Source: Felis catus (taxonomy: Eukaryota). From it: 64,000 bases of DNA. The first letter of the stretch is position 1. Every line of letters starts with the position of its first letter. Shown piece by piece: positions 53,503 through 64,000 of this stretch. A model generated the notes under the pieces. It was not told where the DNA came from. It did not search any database and saw only the letters and a list, made by a program, of their open reading frames with translations. The stretch spans positions 119,228,001 to 119,292,000 of the forward strand of contig NC_058368.1 of assembly GCF_018350175.1 (NCBI RefSeq). Direction: 5' to 3'. The translations under genes were made by a program, and so were the position numbers.

Positions 53503-54086
53503 TGCATTGTTTCTTTAAAAACTGTGGCCATACAGCAATACCGAACATGGCATCCTTGCTGATGAATTGCCTTCCGGGCAGGGAGATCACAAGAAGGGCA
53601 GAGGTGGCAGGATGGAGACGGGTGCAGGTAACATCCTTCCCTTTCTTGAACTCTTCCGACATTACCCCGCTTTGTACACATTCACTTGTTTTTGTTTCAG
53701 TAGCTAATTCAGGGTGGAGATGATGAAGTGCATGGATTTAGAATGACAAAGGTTGTCTGTTTCCTGTCTCTAACAGGTTCCTAAGCAACAGCAAGCTGCT
53801 CTGGTCAGAAATGTCTTAGCAGTCTAGGGATTCCTCCGCATCAGAGCTCAAACCCAACTTACAAATGCGAGTCAAATTGTCTAAGAGGCTGAAGGAGAGA
53901 AAATCCTTTCCGATGCCCCAGTTCTAGGCTTTTTAAGACAGTAGCAGCAACCGGAATCTTTAGGAGGAATCAGAAAGTGGATGTCAAGGCTGCTGAAGCC
54001 TGAATTTGCAACTGCAAGTCTTCCTGAAGGCACCTGGTTAGCTCAGCAGTCAACATTTATTATGAGAAGAAAATAAATATGAATGA

Positions 54087-54091
<5 letters not shown>

Positions 54092-54138
<47 letters not shown>
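54092..54138. repeat. (GT)n microsatellite
   Basis: Directly visible. Other simple repeats: (GT)n at 8699-8736, (TTTG)n at ~33850-33892, (AAC)n plus poly(A) at 52497-52532. Confidence 0.98.
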
Positions 54139-54143
<5 letters not shown>

Positions 54144-54715
54144 AATTGTGAGAAGTTTTTGTCCTCACCCCTCCCAGGACACCTGGAGCACAGCCCTAAC
54201 GGAAGTCCTTTCAGTCTCTTTTTCCAGTGTTCCCAGGGACATGCCCATCTGTTGTTGACACCCAAGAACCTCAGCTCCCTCACCTCCTCTAACCCTGGTG
54301 GTGCGATCATGACACTTTCAAACCAAAGCAAGGACAGCCCCTCTGGGCAGAAGGAAGACATGCCTGATATAATTGAAACCCAAACTCGTTGGCATTGTTT
54401 GCCATTTTAAAATACTCCCGGGTAGTACCAGATATAGATGAGGAACTTTGTATGTCTCTGTACAGTGTTAGCTGCCGGGTGTTAGGGAAGGGTTAGGACA
54501 GAATTAAAGAATTCTATCTGTTTTCTCACTACATCAATGGGCTGCATCACTTGGTTTAAAAGAAAAAAAAATCTCTGAAGGTAAAATTGTATCCCTTCCC
54601 TAATTTAACTGGGCTACTTCAAATCTATTTTGAAGAATGCCTTTCCATAGACAAATGGACATCGCCTTTTTGGGGCTTGTAGAGCATGCTGGTTAAGAAC
54701 CCGAGGCTGGTGTGG

Positions 54716-54915
54716 GGGGGCACCTGGGTGGCTCTGTCGATTAAGCATCCGACTCTTGGTTTTGGCTCAGGTCAACATCTCGAGGTTTGTGAGTCTGAGC
54801 CCTGTGTCAGGCTCCGCAGTGGCAGTGCAGAGGCCTGCTTGGGATGCTCTCTCCTTCTCTCTCTGCCCCTCCCTCACTTGTGCTCTCTCTCTCTTAAAAA
54901 AGAAAAGAAAAGAAA
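54716..54915 (+). mobile_element. CAN-SINE within a MIR-like remnant
   Basis: gggcacctgggtggctc head, CT tract, AAAG tail. No clear TSD. Confidence 0.88.
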
Positions 54916-55794
54916 TCTCCTCCCAAACGTGAGAAAGGTGAGTCAACTTTGATCCCTGACTCGCCCGCTACCTCCTACCTGGGAGACCTCAGACAAATAG
55001 CCGTACCTCTGCAAGTCAGATCTGCTTACCCTTCAGGCAGGGAGGAAGAAACCACTGCTGCCTCAGAGCATTCTTTTGAGGATTCCGAGAGACCATGGTA
55101 TGAAGTCTCCCTCTCAGTGCCTGGCACATAAATACTCAATTAAGTGAGAGCAACTGTTTCATTGTTACGAAAGAGACTCTCAATCAATCAGAACCCACAT
55201 GCTGATCTGTAAAGTAACTGGAAAACGTGTTTTAGGCAATGAACATTTCTGTAGCTAACCACATGATAATTATACAAGCAAATATTTCATCCTTGTTGAG
55301 CTCACCATAGAGTCTGCAAGGTCTGTGATTTATAAGGGACACAAAAACCCACTAGGGTCAAAATAGCACCTGAATTTGAAGACATTCCTTTCTCACGAAC
55401 TTGGCAGTTTGTAAAGACAAATCACTATGAATGTTAGGCTATTCATGGGACAGACAGCTTTAGAAAGTCATGGTTTCTGGCTGTCTGAACCGTTTCAATA
55501 ATCCATCCAAATCCTCTTGGACCTCTGCTATCCTCTTCCTCTCTGTCCAGAAAAGTGACAAGGATATTGAATGCAAGGCGGTTATGTGACTTGGAGTCAG
55601 CTAGAACTATCTTCAAATTCTAGATCCACAGAATACAAGCTGTATGGTCTTGAACACCAGTCTGTGCCTCTGGGGTTGGGGATGCATGGGGGACAATCCT
55701 GATAGGGTTGTTGGAAGGATTTAAAGAGAATATGCAAGAAATGGCCTGGCCACGGTAAGAGCTCAGCATGTGGCAGCTGGTAAGATGATGAAAA

Positions 55795-56292
55795 TCCTTC
55801 TCAAACTTTCTGCTCTGAGGATTCTGTCTTAAATTACTGAAGACCCCAAAGAACTTTAGTTTGTATGTGTTTTAATATGTATTTAACCTATCAGAAATTA
55901 AATGAGAAACTTTAAGAATGTTTGTATTATTTAAAATTTATAACAAATCCTTTACATGCCCACATAAAAACAATAAAAAATAACTATTTTCTGAAAACAA
56001 GAAAAATAGAACAATGTCATTCTTTCACTTTTCTTTTTCAAGTCTCTTTTAAATTCTGTCTTAATAGAAGAGACTGGAATTCATAGTAGAAGAGAGTGGA
56101 ATTCTTTTATCTGCCTTTGGTACAATCTGTTGCAATATCACACATCATGTAGCTCCTGCAAAATTCCATTTTACACTCAAGAGAGAATGAGAGTGGAAAA
56201 AAGCAAATAATATCTTAGTGTCATAAAAACTGTTTTGACTTCATAGACCCCATGATAGGGTCGCAGGGACTCCATCACTTTGAAAACAACTG
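55795..56292. mobile_element. hAT-Charlie fossil (MER119-like)
   Basis: ttctcaaacttt...aaattactgaagaccccaaagaac start; cactttgaaaacaactg end. Confidence 0.7.
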
Positions 56293-56825
56293 ACTTTATA
56301 GCGACTGCCTTTCAGACTCTCAACTGGCAAAGATGATCCAACTGCTTATATTGGAAAAAATGAGGCCAGTGCATAAGAGAATAAAAGGAATATCAAGACC
56401 AAGAATATAATAAATGTGAGGTCCACGGAAGAATTTCCTTTGGGGGATAAGGCTGTATTGAATAGGGGTTGGGAGGAGAGCAGGAGGCCAAACATATTTA
56501 CAGAATCAGACAAGTATGAGTTATATGATCAAAACAAAATGGACATATTTCTGTGATGCCGGTTATCTAGACATCATCGATCAGGCTTCTCTGTCATCTC
56601 CTTCTTCCTTCTGCACCCCATCTCCTCTACTCCACCTCAGAACAGCAAGAAGATGTCTACTTGCTCCCTGGATTATTAGATGATGTAGTTCTACCCTAGT
56701 GTGTCACGGTGAGCCAAAGCCATGAACAACTTACGGGTTTTTTGGGTGTATAAACCTGAGATTTGCCACTTCATAGCTATGCAGTCTTGGTGAAGTTATG
56801 TAAATTTACTGAATCTCAGAATACG

Positions 56826-57145
56826 CATGGTAGATTTAAAAAGGCTACATTCTCTGAAACTTTTCTCATCAAACGATGAAGTCAGTTTCCCCAAGCCTTG
56901 TCTTGGGCTGGCTCTGGCTCTTCATCACTCCATGTGGTAGAAGCAGCAACATGAGACTTCTGAGCATGGCTTCAAGAGGCCTTGCAGCTTCCACTCCTGC
57001 CTTCCCGGAATCCTAAGCCCCCACCATATTAACCTATCAGTGTCAGCCTAGCAGCCATACAGAAAATCCCAGTGAGGACCACCCCGTCACCTACAGAATT
57101 GTGAGAGATCGCCATTTTGGGTCAGGCCACCAAGCAGGTGGGTGT
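56826..57145 (+). mobile_element. MaLR LTR remnant (MLT1G/H-like)
   Basis: gacttctgagc...ttcaagaggccttgcagcttccac...acctacagaattgtgag signatures. Confidence 0.6.
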
Positions 57146-57149
57146 TCCC

Positions 57150-57245
57150 TAGGGTGACCAGTTTGTCCCAGTTTGTCCGGGACTGCCAATTTTAACCTCT
57201 GGTCGCACATCCCAAGAAAGTCTCCGGTCCCTTTGGGTCACCCTA
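57150..57245. mobile_element. hAT-Blackjack MITE (MER81-like)
   Basis: Perfect 10-bp TIRs tagggtgacc / ggtcacccta with internal tgtccc/gggac repeats. Confidence 0.75.
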
Positions 57246-59332
57246 TTTGCAGCACAGCCACACACACACCTTAAGCAGGGATAAGACCATGCAAGTCAGT
57301 GTTTTAGACAAAGATATGAAATGAGGCTAAAAGTGAAATATAGAGCCTATACAGAGTAGCGTATTTTTTCTTGTTTTCAATTTACAGAATAACTCTGTAA
57401 GAACTTATTTTATAGTAACTTAGTAAAATAAATATTTCCATAGTTAATAAAAATCTGATCTGTCATCTTTGTCTATATAGCTGAGTTTCTCATTCAGGGC
57501 ACCTAATTGCTTTAAATCTACCCACTAATGTTCTCTTCTGGAAGAATGCTACGCTTCAAGCTAAGCACAAAGGTAGCAGGCCTCTGGGAAATTACAAACC
57601 AAAAAGGGAAAGAAAACACCGGACTTAACCAAACTCAAACCAGCTGTGAATTCTCAAAACAGTATCACTGTTGAACAGGGAAAACACTTAATATTGTATC
57701 ATTCTGGGTGGGTCTAGAACAGGACTTTTTTTTTTTTTTTTTTGGCACTACTTTTTTCCAAAGGGCATGTCTAGTGAAAACACAATCCAAGGAGATGATC
57801 TGCAGGTAAGATCAATACAGTGCACCCACAAAAGGGCAGAACCCTGGGAGGAGTCTACAGGGAATAAGACTGGAACTCTTGGGACTCTCTTTTAGAGTCC
57901 CAGGAAAAATGGTGGGGGAGGGAGGCCAGAACTCTTGCAAAAAGCTGAAATTTGCTAAATGGTGGTGCAATGCTTCCCTCATGTCATAATTATTTGACCT
58001 ATAATTTATTTTAAATGACCAAGAGGTAATAGGTCTTTCTTCCTAAAAGAAATTGCCTGCTAGTCACACAATTAAAATAATTTCGTCACCGTGGCCAAAA
58101 GAATTTCACACATTCAAGACAATAACTTTCGTGTACATTGCTAAAGAATTCTGACTCAGCAAAAAACACACATGAAATCATTCAGCAGGGCAAACAACAA
58201 AAAAATTGTCAGCCTTGGAGAATTGAATCAAGAAGGTATTCCCTTCTGCAGACATCTGACAGCCAGCTCGTGGAAAGTGGGTCCAGACACATCTGTGTTG
58301 CCTGTGTCTTCCTTGTACACAGGGACATATCAAGACAGTCAAGAAAGGTATTTCTGTTGCTATGCAAATAAGCAAAAGGCTGATTCTTGAACAGGATCAA
58401 ACTAGGCTTCAATCAGCCAAGCGTCAACTTTCCACTGCTTCTTAGAGAGCATAAGCAAATGTACAGAGAATATAGGTCTTAACTTTGTAAAGAATGGAAG
58501 GTAGGCAAGGCTCTACATTGTTTAATACACTCTAAAAGCAATAGACCACCCTCCCCATGGCATGGATTTGTATATTTGAGGATATACATGGATAAGATGG
58601 ATAGATAGATGGCTGTTTGCATCTATATCCCCATTTTCTGCAGCGATATCCCTATCTATATCCATCATCTGGCATGATTATATTTCCCTTCATAGGGACT
58701 GAAGAGTACAATCTCTCCACTTTAAAGCACTAGATTATTCACAACTAAAGCTTAACAATTTTTTTTATTCTGTTGGCAACTAGAAAGCCACTACAATAAT
58801 TTGGGACAGAAGTCAATATTAGAGAGCAGGGGGGTTAAAAACTAATGGTTTTCCAAATTAAAGTCAGTGTCAGGAGCTGAGTTTTAGACTCATAGGGATA
58901 GATTTTCTGGCCATTTTCTAGACAATTCTAGGCATTTATGGAGATTTTAATATTTATTCTCTAAAATTAAATACCTCCTAGTTTGATAGTATAAAAATGT
59001 ACACAAAGCTCCATGAACAAAAAACGCAAATCAAAGATCTGTTTTTCAAAGGATAAAGCTTTAACAATCACTAAATGAAACAAATTATGCAATAATTATG
59101 CAACCAAGAGAATAATAAAAGGAGAATGGGAGGTATCTGAAAGATTTATGTTTAATTGTTAACAGTTTATTTTATTTAAGTGGCCATAAATGCCACCAAT
59201 AGGATAACGTATCAAAATGCTTCACTCCTTTCCCATGAGCCTCCACAGTCTTCCACCAGAATAAGGGCTCTAGGCTTTTAACTGGTACCTCTTTTCCTCA
59301 CAATCTGTTCTTCATATAGAAACAAGGGTCAA

Positions 59333-59518
59333 GGGATGCCTGAATGGCTCTGTCAGTTGAGCATCTGACTCTTGATTTTAGCTCAGGTCATGATCTCAGA
59401 GTCATGAGATGGAACCACACGCTGGGCTCTGTGCTGAGCATGAAGCCTGCTTAAGATTACCTCTGTCTCTCTCACTCTTTCTGTCTCTCTCCCTCTCCCC
59501 TGTGTTCTCTCTCTCTCA

Positions 59519-59548
<30 letters not shown>
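59333..59548 (+). mobile_element. CAN-SINE
   Basis: gggatgcctgaatggctc head and poly(A); gtcaagg on both flanks. Confidence 0.88.
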
Positions 59549-59552
<4 letters not shown>

Positions 59553-62500
59553 TCAAGGTGAATAAAAAGATAACTATATCTATCAGTTCCTCTGCTATAC
59601 ACTTCTAAATGACTTTGAATGTTTAGTCTAAGGGAAATAAAAACCCCTTACCTTGGGCAGCAAAGCATTAAGTTCCCTGGCCATCTCTGTAACTTGACTG
59701 CAAACCACTCTGTCCCTTGATTGCTGTGCCAGTCACGGAGGCCTCCTGTTCTGCTTCTTGAGAACAGTAGAATGTCTCTTTTTTTTAAGTGTTTAGTGTT
59801 CTTCTTCCCATTGCCTTGGGATATCCTATCTCTGGCTCTCATCCTTCAAATCTAAGCCAACATTACCTTCCCAGAAAGGCTTCCCTGGTCACTTTAAGTA
59901 GCCTTCTCTCTGCTACCTTTACTCCTATTACCTCACTCTGTCACTCACTTTCATGGCTCTTATCAAAGTCTGAAGTTATTGTTTATTAGTTTGTTTGTCA
60001 TCTGTCTAGGCTGCTGTAAGTACCTTGGAAGCATGACCTTGATTTGCTCAATTTTGGATCCCAAGTGCCGAAAATAGTACCTGGTTTTGGTTGAAGGACA
60101 ATTGTTCTGACATCTAAATAACTGATTAGAGGAGAGCAAGACTGGAGTGGGGAGAACACTAGGAGGCTAGTGCACTAGTCTAGGGGAAGGGTGATGGTGG
60201 CTGTGACCAAGGTGAGGGTAATAGTGATAGGGAGATACAGGTGTGTAAGAAAGATCTTCAGGATATAGAATCAGTAAAGTTGGGTACTTGGTTGGATACA
60301 GGTGATCTTAGGTTGGTATCAAGGCTTCCTTCTTCATAATGAATTTCCCAAATAGGATCCTTCCTATGTAAGTTTTTGTGACTAATAAATTGTCAGTGAA
60401 ACCAGCCTGCTACTGAGCACAGGTGATTGGTAGAGGATGTATGACACCTGGTACCCATATGTAGGTCATAAGTAGGAGATAAGATATTTCAATTTTCCAA
60501 GGGCAGTCCTGGTCCTAATTATAAATAATAACCTCATTCCCTCTCAAAAGTGTCCTGATTTAAATAGTAAATTAGATGGTCACAGTAGACACTTAAAAGA
60601 AGTTATTTCCCCCTAAAATCATCTAAGGGTATGAAGTCTGCCCAACAAGAGTGTCCAGTATGGAGTGGTGGGCAAGCCAATAAAATCTAATTTCTAGGAA
60701 CACATAAATAGTAGGTGAACAAACAGAATGGGCAACTCTGTACATGAGGTCCAGCCTCTGTCTGGGAGGCCAGGTGCCTATCCTAAAGCTATACTTCTCT
60801 GTGAGTAACAGTAAGGCTTACAGACTCCCTCCCTCCTTGATCCCAGCTAATCCTTCTGGCTACTTATATTACTGAGAGTCCTTTGAACTAACCTCTTCCT
60901 CACCACTAACGAGCTTAAATTACAAAGCTACCACTCTAAGGCAGCAATGTCCAATGGGAAGTATGTATGTCTTGCAAGGATTTGCCTCTCATCTATAGGA
61001 AGATACACTAGAAATTTGTGATGCAATATGGCAGTCTCTCAAGCTGTGATGGTCAAAGAAGCCAACAGGACCCAAGACTTGACCTCATGGTATATATAAG
61101 AGCTCACACCTGGCAACCATGAAATGTTGAAGGAGGGCTGAAAATAAGCTTTCCTGATGACTGCGAGCAGCAAAGTCATAGACATAAATCTCTTAAATGC
61201 ATCCACAAATCCTAGGCTTTGAAGATATTTCAAACTTAGAAGCTAAGAGTGATTTTATAAGTGGTAACTTTAAGGCCACGTGGCTCAGTGTCTTCAAAAT
61301 CAATATCAATGTCTATGTTTCTAAATTGTTGGTCTGAACTTTAAATGGTCCATTAGTGTATAAATTATAGGAGTTCCTGTACCTTTCCTCCACTGATAGT
61401 TTTTTTTGTTGTTGTTGAAAAAAAATGATACTAGTTATGACTCCACCAGGCATCTCCTTAATACAAAAACTGGGGATAATGTGATATGATGTTTAAGAAT
61501 GCAGGTTAAAGTTTCTTATCAGTGACCCACTATTCTAATTGAGAAAGTACTTTCTATGACCCCAAACTGGAGCTTACGCAGCTTCTTTTGCTAATATCCC
61601 ATACAATGTTACAGGGGCCCTCTTTGCTCTTTCTGTTTACCAATGGCCACTACCCAGAAAGCCATAGTTGGGATGGAAGAAGATAGGTCTTTGTCCGAGT
61701 GACAGAAAGTGTAGAAGTTTTCTCAAAGTATTCCCTACACGAGGAGATGCCTTAAACATAACTTGATTCACTGGGAGCCATAAAATTTGATTGATAACCA
61801 GCAACTTAAAATAATTTGAGGTCTACACTGCAATGATATAGCTTCAGAAATTGAGAAAAATACTAACACAAGTCTGTCCTAAGCCCTGGAGATTCCGATG
61901 ACTTTCTACTAAAAACAATGTACGGTAATATAGTATATAGTAATGCAAAGGAAAACAAAAGGAATATGGGGCTACGAGATTTAAATCCAATAAAATATCC
62001 AGATATTTAAATCCAATGAAAGTATCTAATTATTGTCTAGGTTTACCAAAGTGTCATTGGAAAAAGCAGTACTGACATTTTCTTTTATTCTTTCCTCATT
62101 TTTTTCCCCTTAAATTAAAACTTAGTGCAAAAAAAGCCTCTGGCTGGGCTCTGAAAAACACTATTCATTTTTCCCCCTGACCTGATTAGTCCGAATGTCT
62201 TTCGAACTATTCGTTTTCAATTTGCACCACTGCCAGAGAGAAAGGCCCTCAAATTAATGGTTGCATTGATTGTTTATGCCTCCAGAGGAACATTAAAAAT
62301 TTTCAGCAATGCTCAAAGAAATGCTGATCTTCTGAAAGGATTTTATTTAATGGATTTTTTTAAAAATTAAGAGTTTTGGGAACTTGCCAAAAGTGTGTTT
62401 AAAATTCCACTTACAAGGTTGGCTGCCTAGTGAGTTGGAATGGTGAAGGCTTTGTCATTTCTTAGAATAAACAGCTTCAACCTTGGATTCTGGGATCCTT

Positions 62501-64000
62501 GGACCCACTAGTAGAGGGGTCTTGATAGAACTGCAATTCTGGCTCAAATGTAGGGCCCATTTACCACCCTGGCTTCCCCTTAATAACAAATGCTACCCCA
62601 CATCACTTCCCTAAGTGCCCTTCCTGGGTGGTTTCTCCTCTTTGCCTTGGCTTCTGGAAGTTACACTTAAGAAAAACTCAAAAGGTTTGGACAAACATTG
62701 GCCTGTTCGTTTGGCAAAGCAGGGATGGGAATTTGTGCAGAGTTTTTCTTAGGCAAGTTTCTCTTCACTTCCTGCCAAAGAAGTTCTCATGCTGTGTCTC
62801 AAATGGAGGAAGGTGACGGATGACCACTCATTTCTTCCTACATGTACTCTAAAGAACTGCAACAGGTATTTGTAGCAGGGTAAGGACCACATTACGAGTA
62901 AGCTCACTTTCATTATTGGTCTCCCATGTTTATACTGGCCAATACAATGACAGCCTATTCATGATAGCAGCACACACAAAATCAAAGCTCACTAAGGACT
63001 AACGAACAAAGTTCAGGGATAAGAAGTAGAAATACTTTCTTCTTTTTATTGGGGTTTGAGGGCTATGGTTTATGCCATGGTAAATGAGGTATCATTAGAT
63101 ACTGAAGTAGTTCCCATTATTTTAAGTGATACTAAATGCTCATCTTTCTCAATCCCATCTCATGTCCAAAACTTTCTTATGGGTGTCTGAACCAAGCAGT
63201 CATACTCTCAAATGCCCACATGCCTCTTTGGAAATGCTTTGACCTGGCTTGACACACAAGAGAGGGGTCTGTCCTAAATGACAGCTTATTTGAGCGAGTT
63301 ATAGTGATATAAACAGGCCTGGTTGAAACCAAGAGCTTGTGGAATGCTAAACTAGAAAAGGAAAGGTCAAACTGTTTGAGACTTGGTATCAGACCTGCTG
63401 GTGGCTGGTCAACACAGTCAGAATTGTCTCACAAAACTGCCAGCTGGAAAACCAAACACGGTGCAGAGTCCTGGGCCCCTGCACTCATCATCTGAAAAAC
63501 CCACAACTGTAACTATGACCCACAACTATATGCACCATGTGCTCCATATGAATTATGATGGGATTCTGCCAATTTTTTCCCTCCCCCAAACCACTATTCA
63601 TAAATGATTGGTGTTGTTTCTTCAACCGTTGTTCTGACCATGTGGTATTAATATTCATAGGGACCTGGTAACTTCCAACACAACCAAACATTCTGAGATT
63701 CGTTGTCTAAGTCTTTTGCCAGCTGCACCAGTATGATGGACCTGTTGTTTACTAGACTCTACCTGAGGTCATCTCCCACTCTTGGTTCACCTCTCCAGCT
63801 TTGGAGTTTGTTGCCCTATTTATGCAATGCATGGAATGTTTTCCTGTGTCTTGATTACATCACATTGTTCAGGTCCTTTTAAAATCTTAACAAGCTACTG
63901 CATGAAGCTTTCCTGGAATCACTGATTGCATTTTTCAGGCCACAGATAATATCCTCTGGTTCATTTTCCTGGGCAATGCACTCGTAAAGACTGATTTTAT

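Noticed and set aside
58580..58670. Imperfect inverted repeat of GATA/TATC-rich sequence
   Set aside because: Low complexity with gapped arms; cannot support a MITE or RNA hairpin call.

Overview
Mammalian nuclear DNA, most likely a felid (cat family), inferred from tRNA-derived carnivore CAN-SINEs including two young, CpG-rich SINEC_Fc-type copies and from carnivore-type LINE-1s. The window looks intronic or intergenic. I cannot support any host protein-coding gene, and almost all ORF-track entries are chance ORFs or L1/SINE/microsatellite translations. It contains two full-length (~7.1 kb), same-orientation, dead LINE-1 elements (6854-13925 and 37702-44797), each with its own target-site duplication (TSD). 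It also contains about 16 CAN-SINEs, older L1/L2/MIR fragments, LTR remnants (MER21-like, MLT1-like), hAT DNA-transposon fossils and microsatellites. The best observation is that the two independently inserted L1s, 30.8 kb apart, share at least seven identical inactivating lesions, including an (AAAAAT)n array replacing conserved ORF2 codons. Their pairwise identity jumps from roughly 87-90% to about 97% at a sharp point early in ORF1 and stays about 93-98% in the downstream windows I counted. This points either to multi-kilobase ectopic gene conversion between neighbouring dead L1s or to a trans-mobilised defective L1 lineage. I see no evidence for a novel gene system, CRISPR array or prokaryotic content. 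Repeat subfamily names come from recognition by eye and identity values are manual counts.
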